This document shows positions 39,075-48,486 of a stretch of DNA of 64,000 nt, piece by piece. A program made the position numbers and the translations under genes. The number at the start of each line of letters is the position of its first letter. Positions within the stretch are counted from its first letter, which is position 1. The notes below the pieces were generated by a model. The model ran no database searches. It was not told the DNA's origin and worked only from the letters and a program-made list of their open reading frames with translations. Source of the DNA: Bradymonadia bacterium. Its GTDB lineage: Bacteria; Myxococcota_A; Bradymonadia; UBA7976; UBA1532. The stretch is from NCBI GenBank assembly GCA_049889275.1, contig JBMHDS010000129.1:28751-92750 (forward strand). Reading direction: 5' to 3'.

Positions 39075-39506
39075 ATGGCTCGTTTTGGTGCCAACCTCCC
39101 CTGCCCGTGTCATAGTGGACAAAAGTATAAGCGATGTTGTCTACCCTATCATCGCGGCCGGAGAGCGGGCGCGCCGCAGACCCTCATGAGAGCGCGCTAC
39201 GCTGCCTATGCCATCGGCCTGACCGACTTCATCGTGGATACAACAGACAGCGAAGGTCCGATGTGGCAAACCGATGGTATCAGGTGGCGAGATGAGCTCA
39301 GCGCCTTTACCGAGTCGACTCAATTTTCAGGCCTCACCATCGAGACCGTAGAGAACGGCGAGGGCGTCGCATGGGTGACCTTCCATGCAAAGCTGCTCCA
39401 AGAATCAACAGAGCACTTGATGGTTGAGCGAAGTCGCTTTCGCCAAATTGACTCACGATGGCTCTATGTCGGTGCCGATGACCTCTCATTCGAAAAAGAC
39501 AACTGA
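39075..39506 (+). CDS. YchJ-like SEC-C motif / NTF2-like protein
   Basis: N-terminal 'CPCHSGQKYKRCC' (SEC-C metal-binding motif), then 'LMRARYAAYAIGLTDFIVDTT' as in the YchJ/UPF0225 family. SD 'GAGG' 10 nt before the ATG at 39075. Confidence 0.65.
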   Translation: MARFGANLPCPCHSGQKYKRCCLPYHRGRRAGAPQTLMRARYAAYAIGLTDFIVDTTDSEGPMWQTDGIRWRDELSAFTESTQFSGLTIETVENGEGVAWVTFHAKLLQESTEHLMVERSRFRQIDSRWLYVGADDLSFEKDN

Positions 39507-39704
39507 GCTCGAACCGTGGTTCGTAGGCCAGATGCGCTGAGCGATCATGATGGGTAAAGCGCTCACCGTTCGGACGGCCGAACACCATGGGCACTTGCTG
39601 TTAAGAGCAATCCCGAACATGATGTCGTAAGGATACACGACAATGAGCGTCGGTGTTCGCTCCGTCACCTCATAAAGACGCGCCATAGAAGGATTTGTTT
39701 GTTC

Positions 39705-40616
39705 ATGGAACTGACTCAAAAGCTTGGTCGTTATGAGCCCATCGTGGCGGAATTTGACAAATTTATTGTCAGCGCTCGGCAACCGTTACCGCGGGTCATC
39801 TGGGCTAACCCTCTGAAGCGAGATATCGAATCTATCGGTGCTGATATTCGTAAGATATGCCCCCAAGCAACTCGGCTAAACTGGACGGTAAATGGCTGGC
39901 GTCTACCATCTGATGCTCAGCCTGGTCGATGGCTGTCACACGTGATTGGCGAGATTTTTGGCCAAGAGGAGGCCTCGATGCTCGCGGCGGATATGCTTGA
40001 TGCCCAACCGGGTGAAAGCATCCTCGACATGTGTGCGGCACCTGGTGGTAAGAGCGCACGTATCGCAGTCAAGATGAACGATCGAGGACACCTGGTCGCC
40101 AACGAGAAAAAGCACGGTCGTATCGGTGGTCTGCGCTGGAACCTGAATCGCCTCGGCATCACCTGTGCGACGGTCAACCATGATGATGCACTCAGACTAA
40201 AGACACCCGAGGTGCTGTTCGACCGGGTACTGGTAGACGCGCCGTGCAGCTGTGAGGGCACGACGCGTAAATCTCAATCACGTGACCCGCTCATCTCAGC
40301 TCAAGAGCGCGACACGCTGACACAGGTACAAGTGGGATTACTCCGCAAAGCGATTGAGCTCGCGAAACCTGGTGGGCGCATCATTTACTCGACGTGCACT
40401 TACGCGCCTGAGGAAAATGAAGGTGTGCTCGACCGAATCGACCGCTCCAAGGTCGCGTTGGAGCCACTCAATATACCAGAGGGATTCAGAGTGACGCCCG
40501 GCATCACCACTTGGCAGGAAAAAGCTTACCGCGAGGACGTATCACACAGCGCACGGGTGTGGCCTCACCTCAACGACACAGGAGGGTTTTTCATTGCGCA
40601 ACTCCGTCGCCTTTAG
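39705..40616 (+). CDS. NOL1/NOP2/Sun (RsmB/RsmF-type) rRNA m5C methyltransferase catalytic domain
   Basis: SAM motif 'ILDMCAAPGGKS', catalytic 'DRVLVDAPCSCEGTTRK' and 'GGRIIYSTCTY', C-terminal 'GGFFIAQLRRL'. Ends where RsmF-type enzymes continue into a C-terminal domain. Confidence 0.8.
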   Translation: MELTQKLGRYEPIVAEFDKFIVSARQPLPRVIWANPLKRDIESIGADIRKICPQATRLNWTVNGWRLPSDAQPGRWLSHVIGEIFGQEEASMLAADMLDAQPGESILDMCAAPGGKSARIAVKMNDRGHLVANEKKHGRIGGLRWNLNRLGITCATVNHDDALRLKTPEVLFDRVLVDAPCSCEGTTRKSQSRDPLISAQERDTLTQVQVGLLRKAIELAKPGGRIIYSTCTYAPEENEGVLDRIDRSKVALEPLNIPEGFRVTPGITTWQEKAYREDVSHSARVWPHLNDTGGFFIAQLRRL

Positions 40617-41076
40617 CCCACATCCGCAACCAGACCTGGTACCGAGTTGGTGCCTAAACCATTTTGGTATCCCGCCCGACGCTTTCTCTGCTCATCGTTT
40701 TTGGCAAAAGCAGGGGCAGTCAGAAATCTGGATCGCGCCGCGGGACAATACGCCTGCATCAGTAGGCTGCCTCGTGTCATTCGGGTTGATGGTGATGCGG
40801 CGCCCACCGCCTCGAGGCAAACCTACGAGCGTCTTTCTGCAACGCTTTGGTCGACACGCATCGCGAAATGTGGTCGAGCTTACATCGACTGAGTTACAGG
40901 TTTATTTGAGCCGAACACCGCTCGCGGTGACCCGAACCAATCTGACGTCCGGAGACTGTATCGTACGCTACGAGGGGCGCGTGCTCGGTTGTGGCCGCTA
41001 TACCGATGGACGCTTGGTCAATTACTGGCCCAAACACTTCACCGCACCATTACCCAATCAGATGCCTTTATTCTAA
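40594..41076 (+). CDS. RsmF C-terminal-domain-like ORF in the +1 frame (possible frameshifted continuation of the methyltransferase)
   Basis: TTG-initiated 160-aa ORF overlapping the methyltransferase stop by 23 nt. Combined length (~465 aa) matches RsmF-type enzymes. No independent RBS. Confidence 0.4.
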   Translation: MRNSVAFSPHPQPDLVPSWCLNHFGIPPDAFSAHRFWQKQGQSEIWIAPRDNTPASVGCLVSFGLMVMRRPPPRGKPTSVFLQRFGRHASRNVVELTSTELQVYLSRTPLAVTRTNLTSGDCIVRYEGRVLGCGRYTDGRLVNYWPKHFTAPLPNQMPLF

Positions 41077-41877
41077 TGACGCGTTCTTAGAGTGAGCATG
41101 TCGCTCGAGATGGTGTTGAAAGGCGGCATGCGTCTCTTTATGGAGCGCGTCGACGCACGCTTGACCATCCACGTCACCAGGCCTGATCGGTGGCAAGATA
41201 TCTATTGAGATCCGATTGGGTCTCAGCCGCCAGTCGCCCCGATGTTTTGACGCGAATGCACCCCTAATCACCACGGGGAGAATGGGAACCTGATAGCGAC
41301 CGGCGAGATGAAACGGTCCTTTTTTGAACGGAGCAAGTGCCCCAGTGGGGCTTCGAGTGCCCTCAGGGGCGACGAGCAATGAGTGGCCATTCGCGAAACT
41401 CTCGCCAACGACATCGAGGGTTGCGATCGCTGCAGCACGATCTGCCCGGTCAATGGGTAAAGCGCCCCATCTTTTGATAATCCATCCCCAGATGGGCACA
41501 TCAAATTGTTCTTTCTTGCCAACGGCATTGGTGTGCTCGGGCAGTAATGCGATCATGATGAGCGTGTCGAGCATCGAGGTGTGATTAAACACGTAGATGA
41601 ACGGCCCCTCCTTCGGGTCCGGGAAACGCCCATTGACGATGAGACGTTGGCCTCCACACATCAATGCCAGGCGGCACATCCAGCGCCCGAGTACGTGTAA
41701 ATGACGGATGGGCACGACAAAGGCCAGCAACAAGTACAGGAGGCCAAAACAGAGAAAAAGTGAGCCGGCAAGCAACCACAGACACACTGATATGCTCGTC
41801 TCTTTGATTCGCGACACTGTAAACCTAAGCTCGTTGGCGACGTGTTCAAGACTAGCCCAATGCACGTTGTCCGTCAC
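41068..41877 (-). CDS. 1-acyl-sn-glycerol-3-phosphate acyltransferase (PlsC/LPLAT family)
   Basis: HX4D motif 'FNHTSMLDTL', 'VAPEGTRSP', 'PILPVVIRG'. N-terminal TM anchor. Confidence 0.8.
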   Translation of the reverse strand: MTDNVHWASLEHVANELRFTVSRIKETSISVCLWLLAGSLFLCFGLLYLLLAFVVPIRHLHVLGRWMCRLALMCGGQRLIVNGRFPDPKEGPFIYVFNHTSMLDTLIMIALLPEHTNAVGKKEQFDVPIWGWIIKRWGALPIDRADRAAAIATLDVVGESFANGHSLLVAPEGTRSPTGALAPFKKGPFHLAGRYQVPILPVVIRGAFASKHRGDWRLRPNRISIDILPPIRPGDVDGQACVDALHKETHAAFQHHLERHAHSKNASLE

Positions 41878-42009
41878 CGCCTATTGCCCAGCAAAGCGGG
41901 GCGACATACCCTGCGGGTAATTTCATGGAGACTATTTTTGAGTATTCCACAAGGTGAACCTTCGTATTGGCAGGCAGCCAAAATACACTTGAGAACCTGC
42001 GACAGCACC

Positions 42010-42564
42010 ATGAAGGACCTCATCGACGAATTCGAGGAACCACCCCTGCGTTCGCACGGCCGGCTCTTCGAGACTCTGGCGCGCGCCATCGTCGGACAAC
42101 AAATTTCAGCGAAGGCCGCGGACGCGGTGTGGGGCCGCTTGCTAGAGCTGATTAAAACTGCCGAGCCCAGTTGCGTACTCGAGCAGACACCAGAGGCGCT
42201 TCGTAGTGTAGGGCTGTCAGGTCGCAAGGTTGAATACATTCAAAGTCTGGCTGAGCGAGCCGATTGGCTGAGCCACCAACCCTGGTCTACGATGTCGGAC
42301 AAAGACGTCATCAAGCAACTGTGCACATTGCGTGGAATCGGACCATGGACAGCGGAGATGATGCTGATCTTCACATTACTCCGACCTGATGTCCTGCCGC
42401 TCGGCGACATCGGTGTGGTTCGATGTATCGAGAAGCTCTATGCTGGCGGTCAAGCCCTCGATGAAGCCCAACTCCTGAAAATTGCAGAGCCGTGGAGACC
42501 CTATCGAACCGTGGGGGTCTGGTATCTCTGGCGTTATCTAGACGCCGAGCCCGTTCTTTACTAG
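42010..42564 (+). CDS. DNA-3-methyladenine glycosylase II-like (AlkA, HhH-GPD superfamily)
   Basis: 'FETLARAIVGQQISAKAADAVWGRL', HhH 'LCTLRGIGPWTAEMMLIFTLLRPDVLPLGDIGV' with the catalytic Asp. Start at ATG 42010 ('MKDLIDEF'). Confidence 0.7.
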   Translation: MKDLIDEFEEPPLRSHGRLFETLARAIVGQQISAKAADAVWGRLLELIKTAEPSCVLEQTPEALRSVGLSGRKVEYIQSLAERADWLSHQPWSTMSDKDVIKQLCTLRGIGPWTAEMMLIFTLLRPDVLPLGDIGVVRCIEKLYAGGQALDEAQLLKIAEPWRPYRTVGVWYLWRYLDAEPVLY

Positions 42565-42650
42565 TCAGACGTTTCGTCAGACTGGAAAAGTTTACAAAAA
42601 GCGGTTATCCTCACGCGACTTAGGGGTCTGTTATAGGTTGGTCACTCAAG

Positions 42651-43853
42651 GTGCACATCGATTCATACAGGAGCGTAAGCCTCGGGCTGTTCAGCGCTAT
42701 GGTTCTATTTGCACTTGCGTGCTCCGATCCACGAGTAGCGGTCGAGTCGCATCCCGTCTCTGCTGACCTGACCAACACGGAGGCCGGTAAAGCCGACAGT
42801 ACAGCATTCAACGCCAATAAATTGATGACAGATGAAGTCTTTGAGGACTCAGAATTCATCACCGCGGCTGAAATCCAGCGGTTCTTAGAGCAGACCCCAT
42901 ACGGGCACCCTAGTTTTCTGGCCGCTTACGAAGAAAACGGGATGAGCGTCGCCGAGAAGATTGCGCAAGCAGCGCAGATGTATCGCATTAATCCGCTGGT
43001 CATTCTGGTCAAACTGCAAGTGGAGAGCAGCCTCATTTTCAAGGTGGAGCGGCCCGGTCAATTTTTACTGGACAGAGCGATGGGCTGCGGTTGCCATGAC
43101 GGCGACCCTTCGTGCCATCGGGGCGAACTCGGCCTGTTCCCGCAAATCGATTGTGGCGCGAGACTGTTGAGGTCCTACATTTCCGAACTAGACACCCATG
43201 GCCAGACCATCAGCGGTTGGCGGGTTGGCGGCTCAAAGCTCACCTCAGATGAAACGGTCATCGTGCCGCGCAATCGCGCAACTGCGGCGCTCTACACGTA
43301 CACACCATGGGTGCTCGTCGGTTCGGGCGGAAACTGGCTCTATTGGAACGTGATGCGACGATTCTCGCGCCAACTGCTCAAATATCGACCCAATCACCGT
43401 TGGATAGGAGGCCCTTGTCGAACCGCAAACGACTGCGGATATGATGGCGCCATTTGCATCAATGAGTCACCCAATACGGGCAACCCAAACGTGGGATACG
43501 TCGAACGACTCGGAATCTGCTCGCTTAATTGCGAGACCACTTGCCCCGACTCGAACCAGCCATACACCGCGACGACCATCTGCGCTGTGGACGTGGAGAA
43601 TCCTATCGGGCTGACCGGTGGCCTGTGTCTGTCTCGATGCGTCCCGTCACTCGGCGAAGGTGCATGTGAACCGGGGCGTGTGTGCGCCGAGGTCACACGA
43701 GCCACGAACATGTCATCAAGCTCATATTCGGCTTGTCTGCCCTCATCGACACCGGACCCCGCCGCCACGGGTGACGACGATGAAGTGCCTCCCAACGACA
43801 GCGACGACGAAACCCTGCCACCGGACGATGAAGGCGAATTCGGTAACGAGTAG
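42651..43853 (+). CDS. hypothetical lipoprotein with acidic C-terminal tail
   Basis: Lipobox 'VLFALACSDP'. Cys-rich middle region. C-terminal 'DDDEVPPNDSDDETLPPDDEGEFGNE'. Confidence 0.5.
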   Translation: MHIDSYRSVSLGLFSAMVLFALACSDPRVAVESHPVSADLTNTEAGKADSTAFNANKLMTDEVFEDSEFITAAEIQRFLEQTPYGHPSFLAAYEENGMSVAEKIAQAAQMYRINPLVILVKLQVESSLIFKVERPGQFLLDRAMGCGCHDGDPSCHRGELGLFPQIDCGARLLRSYISELDTHGQTISGWRVGGSKLTSDETVIVPRNRATAALYTYTPWVLVGSGGNWLYWNVMRRFSRQLLKYRPNHRWIGGPCRTANDCGYDGAICINESPNTGNPNVGYVERLGICSLNCETTCPDSNQPYTATTICAVDVENPIGLTGGLCLSRCVPSLGEGACEPGRVCAEVTRATNMSSSSYSACLPSSTPDPAATGDDDEVPPNDSDDETLPPDDEGEFGNE

Positions 43854-43983
43854 CGACCAAGCGGACGCAGAATGGCCCTGTACCTTAAAGGCTGAATGGA
43901 TCAGTACCCTACAATCAGCGCTGCTAGCGCCAAGGTTCTATCGACAAAGGGCTGGTTAGGTTGCTTGTAAGCGCCCTGTTTTG

Positions 43984-44760
43984 CTACGCGCAGGCGAGCC
44001 AAGCGCGCTCGACGGGAAGCACCGCATTGATCTGGTCGATGACGCTGAGCGTATGATTGACGACGTCATGTTGGGAACCTGGCATGATGAGGTTGTCCAT
44101 CCGGAAGCGAACCGTCTGCCCATCATCGCCGATGTTCACATCACCGAGTAAGTAACACTGAGCGTCGGTCTTCTCTTGGCAGAGACCGCGACTGCGTGCA
44201 ACGTGGTCGGTATAAGGTGCGAGCCAGTGCTGACAAAACGCGACGATCACACCCGCTGACTCCGGACATACCCGACCGGCCAGCTTAAAATGCATCGCAA
44301 ACTGCTCGAGCTGCCGTCCAACGCCATGTGGCAAGTGCCCCTCGCATTGCATTGACGGGCCTTGTGCGGTCGGTGCGCCATTACGCCATCGGATCTCGCC
44401 CGTGGTCGCCCGCTCGGAGACGTCGACACAGGTGTTCACCAAAAAGGCCCAGGCTTCGGCAAGGCCGAGTTCGTCTTTCAGTCTGTCGAGTATGGCACGC
44501 TGCTGTGCGACGTCCGCTGTCGTCCGCGGGGCGCAGTGACCGAGCGCAAAAAGTTGCTTCAAGCCGATCGCAGGCAGCGCCGGGATCGAATTTCGGTCGA
44601 GCCTGCCGTTGGCTGATGTCATGCCCGCGTCTTCGAGTATCGAAAGGAATTTCAGGTGTTCGAGCGCGGTCAGCATACGTTCGAACCGATAAACGCCCAA
44701 CCCAGAGACCACATCTCCGGATGGTATCGAGTCAAAACCATGAAATGCATGCGCGCGCAT
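43984..44760 (-). CDS. hypothetical cytoplasmic protein (258 aa), no recognisable domain
   Basis: Strong SD 'CAGGAGG' 6 nt upstream of the ATG at 44760. Conserved-looking His/Cys ('CEGHLPHG', 'CQHWLAPYTDH'). Confidence 0.5.
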   Translation of the reverse strand: MRAHAFHGFDSIPSGDVVSGLGVYRFERMLTALEHLKFLSILEDAGMTSANGRLDRNSIPALPAIGLKQLFALGHCAPRTTADVAQQRAILDRLKDELGLAEAWAFLVNTCVDVSERATTGEIRWRNGAPTAQGPSMQCEGHLPHGVGRQLEQFAMHFKLAGRVCPESAGVIVAFCQHWLAPYTDHVARSRGLCQEKTDAQCYLLGDVNIGDDGQTVRFRMDNLIMPGSQHDVVNHTLSVIDQINAVLPVERAWLACA

Positions 44761-44846
44761 TTAGCCTCCTGGAGCGCCAGTTTACACTGTGAAAAGGCGC
44801 AGCGCTAAAAAATGGAGATTTAGTTCGTTCTGATCAACTCAATTTG

Positions 44847-44869
44847 TGCAAATGCGAGCTGAATTTGCA
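44847..44869. promoter_or_regulatory. inverted repeat TGCAAAT-N9-ATTTGCA inside an unusually AT-rich intergenic region with four AATTTG direct repeats
   Basis: Seen directly. Lies ~90-110 nt upstream of the 44760 start codon. AATTTG recurs at 44841, 44862, 44869 and 44881. Confidence 0.25.
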
Positions 44870-44969
44870 ATTTGCGCCTCAATTTAGGAGAAACTGAGTC
44901 GCTCTTTTTTCGAAAATCGGGCGTTCAAGGAAATGTCTTTTTTGCCCATGAAAAAGACGCTGCTGCCAT

Positions 44970-47072
44970 CTAAAGTCTCACCTTAAGACGATTGTATCCC
45001 GGATGAGTCACCGAAAGCTCCGTATCCCCTGATGGCACAACCCCATCCAGAATCACGCGTCCTTCAGAGTCGGTTTCAAAACCCGTTTCAGGCTCACACG
45101 TCACACACACCACCGATGCATTCGATACGGGCGCGTCGGTGTTGGCGTCGACCAAGCGTAAGATCAAACGGTTCGGGTCTCCACCGTCTAGCTGCGCGCG
45201 CATGTTCTTAAGGTAGACAAGTCCTGCCGATAGCATATTCGTTTTGACGCCGGCTGCTCTGATGCGGTCGTGAACGTTCGAGCGTCGCGTGCGGTCCTGG
45301 AGCGCCATGCCATGATCTGCGGTGACAATGAACAACGTCTCATCGAATTCGCCACGGCGTTCATAATGCTCGATAATTCGCCCAACCAAGGCATCCAGGT
45401 CCGCTAGGTTTGTGCGAAGGAGGTCCGAATTTGGACCAGCCTGCTCGCCGGCTGCGTCGGTTGCGAGCAAAGAGAGTTGCAGAAGTTTTGGTGTGGGTTG
45501 TTCTTCGTCGCCAAATAGATTGTCGATTTGCAAACCGGCGAGCCGGTCGGCCGCTTGATACTCGAATAATTTCTTTTCAACACCTGAGCCGAAAAAACGC
45601 AGTGTGTTGAAGTCAGCGTCTTTAAAGGTCAGTTCGTTGATGATTGCGACGAAAGCCCCCTGCCCTGAGGCAGCGTCATACGGTCCAAAAGCGCGATGCA
45701 TTGCCTGCGCGAGATTCTCAGCCCTTGGGTTGATCAGCCTCTCATATAAGCTCAAGGCCGACCCTGGCTCACTCAGATACGCAGGCAAATTCTCCAATAG
45801 GTCGAAGGGCGTAATCACGCGGGACTCCGCCCGCCCGTAAAACCGATTGCTCAAAGCGCCATGATGGCCCGGCCAGAGTCCAGTGCCTACGGTGACATGT
45901 CCGGGCGCTGAATAGGACGGAAACCCCGATAGGGCACCGCCTGCGAAGATGGCGCCGCTGTTCGCAATCCTCTTCAGATGCGGTAGGTCTACTGCGGGTT
46001 CAGGCGTGCTCAGTAAATGGTTTAGCTCTGTCGACAAAAGCCCGTCGAACAAAACAAGCACTGCCTGTTTTGCCTTGCGACAGGCATCCGGCACAAGAAT
46101 CTGGGACAACACATCGCCGTCTTGCCACTTGAGATAGAGCCCGTCGGCATGTTCTCCCTCCGGCCCGCGTCCGGCCACGGTAGGCGCCCCCAGAACATGT
46201 AGGAGAGTGGGGGCAATATCAACGAGTCGCGCAGCGTCTTGCAGGACCACACCAGACTTGATTCCCGGACCAGAAAATAAAAGCGCAGCCCGACTCTGAA
46301 GCAAGTCAAGACCCCCATGTGAACCGACTCCGCCCCGTGAATACGACCGCACCCCGTAGATGAGATCAGGTGCGTCTTCGGCGTGAAAGAGCGTTGCAAT
46401 CCGAAGCAATGGGAGCGGGTAACTCTCTTGTTCGTTCGACAAAAAGCCAATGCGCTCATCGTCCGCGACATAGTCGTAGTCGGCGAGGCTGACTCCGTTT
46501 GGGTTGGTCACCGCGTTGATAAAGTCTGTGTAGTTCGCAAAGGCCATGGGGTCACGATTGGGAAAGAGTGCATCAAGGCTGCCCTCTGTGACGACGAAGC
46601 GCGAACCCTCTTCGTCCTGCGAACGCGCTCTAAACCTGATCACGGAAGGCGCGCCTTGTGCGCTGTAACGCACCTCAAACTGTTCAATATCGTGGCGATA
46701 GGTCGCCACAAAGAGCGCATATGGGTCATCCAACATCGCTGCTGCGAAGGTCTGCCATGACTCCAATTCGTCCACGTCGATGCCCGCCTGAGCGGGAATC
46801 TCCACCGATGTCATTGCGTTCGGTTCACTGGGCACGAATGGCGGACATGGACTGGGGCCTAGGTCAGACTCATTTTCCAGCAGCGCATCAACCGCAATGA
46901 CCGCATCCACCTCGCGCACGGCTTGGTCTTGAGCTTGAGTGTCGGTGTCGCCGCCTGCGTCTCGCATGCTCGATGTGGCGTCTGTACACCCAAAAACAAG
47001 CATGCTGAAGAGCACCATCAGCGCTGGTAGAGGCGTGCTCGGCCTCGGCTTATTCTGTACAGCTTCATCCAT
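44970..47072 (-). CDS. secreted ectonucleotide pyrophosphatase/phosphodiesterase (alkaline-phosphatase superfamily) with C-terminal carboxypeptidase-regulatory-like domain
   Basis: Lipobox 'MLVFGCTDA'. 'QAVLVLFDGL', 'LFIVTADHGMAL' (type I phosphodiesterase/NPP signature). C-terminal 'RLILRLVDANTDAPVSNASVVCV...'. Start could also be at 47168 or 47114. Confidence 0.7.
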   Translation of the reverse strand: MDEAVQNKPRPSTPLPALMVLFSMLVFGCTDATSSMRDAGGDTDTQAQDQAVREVDAVIAVDALLENESDLGPSPCPPFVPSEPNAMTSVEIPAQAGIDVDELESWQTFAAAMLDDPYALFVATYRHDIEQFEVRYSAQGAPSVIRFRARSQDEEGSRFVVTEGSLDALFPNRDPMAFANYTDFINAVTNPNGVSLADYDYVADDERIGFLSNEQESYPLPLLRIATLFHAEDAPDLIYGVRSYSRGGVGSHGGLDLLQSRAALLFSGPGIKSGVVLQDAARLVDIAPTLLHVLGAPTVAGRGPEGEHADGLYLKWQDGDVLSQILVPDACRKAKQAVLVLFDGLLSTELNHLLSTPEPAVDLPHLKRIANSGAIFAGGALSGFPSYSAPGHVTVGTGLWPGHHGALSNRFYGRAESRVITPFDLLENLPAYLSEPGSALSLYERLINPRAENLAQAMHRAFGPYDAASGQGAFVAIINELTFKDADFNTLRFFGSGVEKKLFEYQAADRLAGLQIDNLFGDEEQPTPKLLQLSLLATDAAGEQAGPNSDLLRTNLADLDALVGRIIEHYERRGEFDETLFIVTADHGMALQDRTRRSNVHDRIRAAGVKTNMLSAGLVYLKNMRAQLDGGDPNRLILRLVDANTDAPVSNASVVCVTCEPETGFETDSEGRVILDGVVPSGDTELSVTHPGYNRLKVRL

Positions 47073-47243
47073 CACTCGCTTGCTCTCCCACTTGCCCACA
47101 GCACTCGTAGCCATCACCTCCGCGTCCTGTAAATATTTTAACGATAACGTCCGGCCCACATTTTGCAATCACCCCCTGCAACGTAAGAAGCGAGACGTTC
47201 ATCCGTCTTGTGGTCCAAGTTCTCACAGAAGGATTTTCCGAGT

Positions 47244-47459
47244 ATGCCTGATCGCACAAACTCTTCCAAGACGAGCCCATGCTACTGCCCATCGTGTCAA
47301 CGGCTCTTTCGCACAGCGCCCACGGGCTATCTTTGCCCACACGATGAGACACCTGTCATCGATGTGGCCGACCCGCTACCGATATCGACTGCCTGGACCA
47401 TCGTGCCCACCGTCATCGCCTTCTCGGTGGTCCTCGGCATTGGCACTCAATATTTGTAA
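47244..47459 (+). CDS. small zinc-ribbon protein with C-terminal TM helix (hypothetical)
   Basis: 'CYCPSCQRLF...YLCPHDETPV' has two CxxC-like pairs, then TM 'TIVPTVIAFSVVLGIG'. Sits in a 396-nt gap between two minus-strand genes. Confidence 0.35.
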   Translation: MPDRTNSSKTSPCYCPSCQRLFRTAPTGYLCPHDETPVIDVADPLPISTAWTIVPTVIAFSVVLGIGTQYL

Positions 47460-47468
47460 GGGCTCGAC

Positions 47469-48440
47469 CTAACCGTCTTCCTCGGGCCAAACGCGGACGG
47501 TGACCGTCGACTCGCCTTCTCGCAGCCAGGCTCGTCCCATACCCGCAGTGTCGAATGCGGTCGTGATCGCGCCTTGTGGATCCACACCGATAAGACCCGC
47601 ACGACCCGGCCCGAATCGGGCCCTGAGCGCCTCGATAGTGGCAACGCCGGCAGCTTCAATGGATAAGCCGCGCTGAACGTAATGTTTGAGTTCACTTGCG
47701 AGGGCGCCTCGCAGGATGAACTCACCGGTACCGGTCGTGGCGCACGCGACCTGACCATCTTCAGCCCACAATCCCGCGCCAGCGACCGGTGAATCTCCCA
47801 CTCGCCCACTGGCCTTCAACCAGAGACCACCTGTGCTGACGGCCGCCGCGAGATGCCCGCGGGTATCGAGGACAACTGCGCCAACCGTATCCCCCTCGTC
47901 ATGAGTACCGCCCATGTCAGCCAAGTCATCTTCACTCACGTTCGTGCCGAAGCGCTTGTCTTTTTGGGCCCTAAACTGCTTGAGTCGATCTTCGCTGGGC
48001 TCCACGAACTCGCAGTCCGCACCGGGTAACGCAGTCAGGCTCGCCAAAGCCTGCTGGCCAGCAAACAGACAATGTGGCGAATGTCGACGAACCGCATCTG
48101 CGAGTAAAACGGCATTGCCCAGGTCGGGTATCGCCGCCACACCGCCGTAGGACAGATCTCTGCCATCCATGACTGCGGCGTCGGCCTCCACACGTCCGGC
48201 CTCTGACAGACAACTTCCATGCCCGGCATTGAATGCGCATGACTGTTCCATGCTGCTGACCGCCGCTATCGCTGCGTCCACCGCTTCGCCATCTGAGTTG
48301 AGCACATGCACGCCGGCACGAACCGCCGCTTCAAGCCCGGCCCGATACTGCGCCTCCTTGGCGGCGCTCATCGAACGCATAGCGCCCGCCCCGCCGTGCA
48401 CGAGCACGACCCACTTCTTGGAATTCTGAATCACCCCCAT
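47469..48440 (-). CDS. isoaspartyl peptidase / L-asparaginase (Ntn-hydrolase, plant-type asparaginase family)
   Basis: 'VVLVHGGAGA', autoprocessing and nucleophile site 'GDTVGAVVLD', 'TGGLWLKASGRVGDSPVAGAGLWA'. Start at ATG 48440. Confidence 0.85.
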   Translation of the reverse strand: MGVIQNSKKWVVLVHGGAGAMRSMSAAKEAQYRAGLEAAVRAGVHVLNSDGEAVDAAIAAVSSMEQSCAFNAGHGSCLSEAGRVEADAAVMDGRDLSYGGVAAIPDLGNAVLLADAVRRHSPHCLFAGQQALASLTALPGADCEFVEPSEDRLKQFRAQKDKRFGTNVSEDDLADMGGTHDEGDTVGAVVLDTRGHLAAAVSTGGLWLKASGRVGDSPVAGAGLWAEDGQVACATTGTGEFILRGALASELKHYVQRGLSIEAAGVATIEALRARFGPGRAGLIGVDPQGAITTAFDTAGMGRAWLREGESTVTVRVWPEEDG

Positions 48441-48486
48441 GTCGCTACGCCTCCTGCAATGACGTCCAAATTTAAATCGAGAGCGA

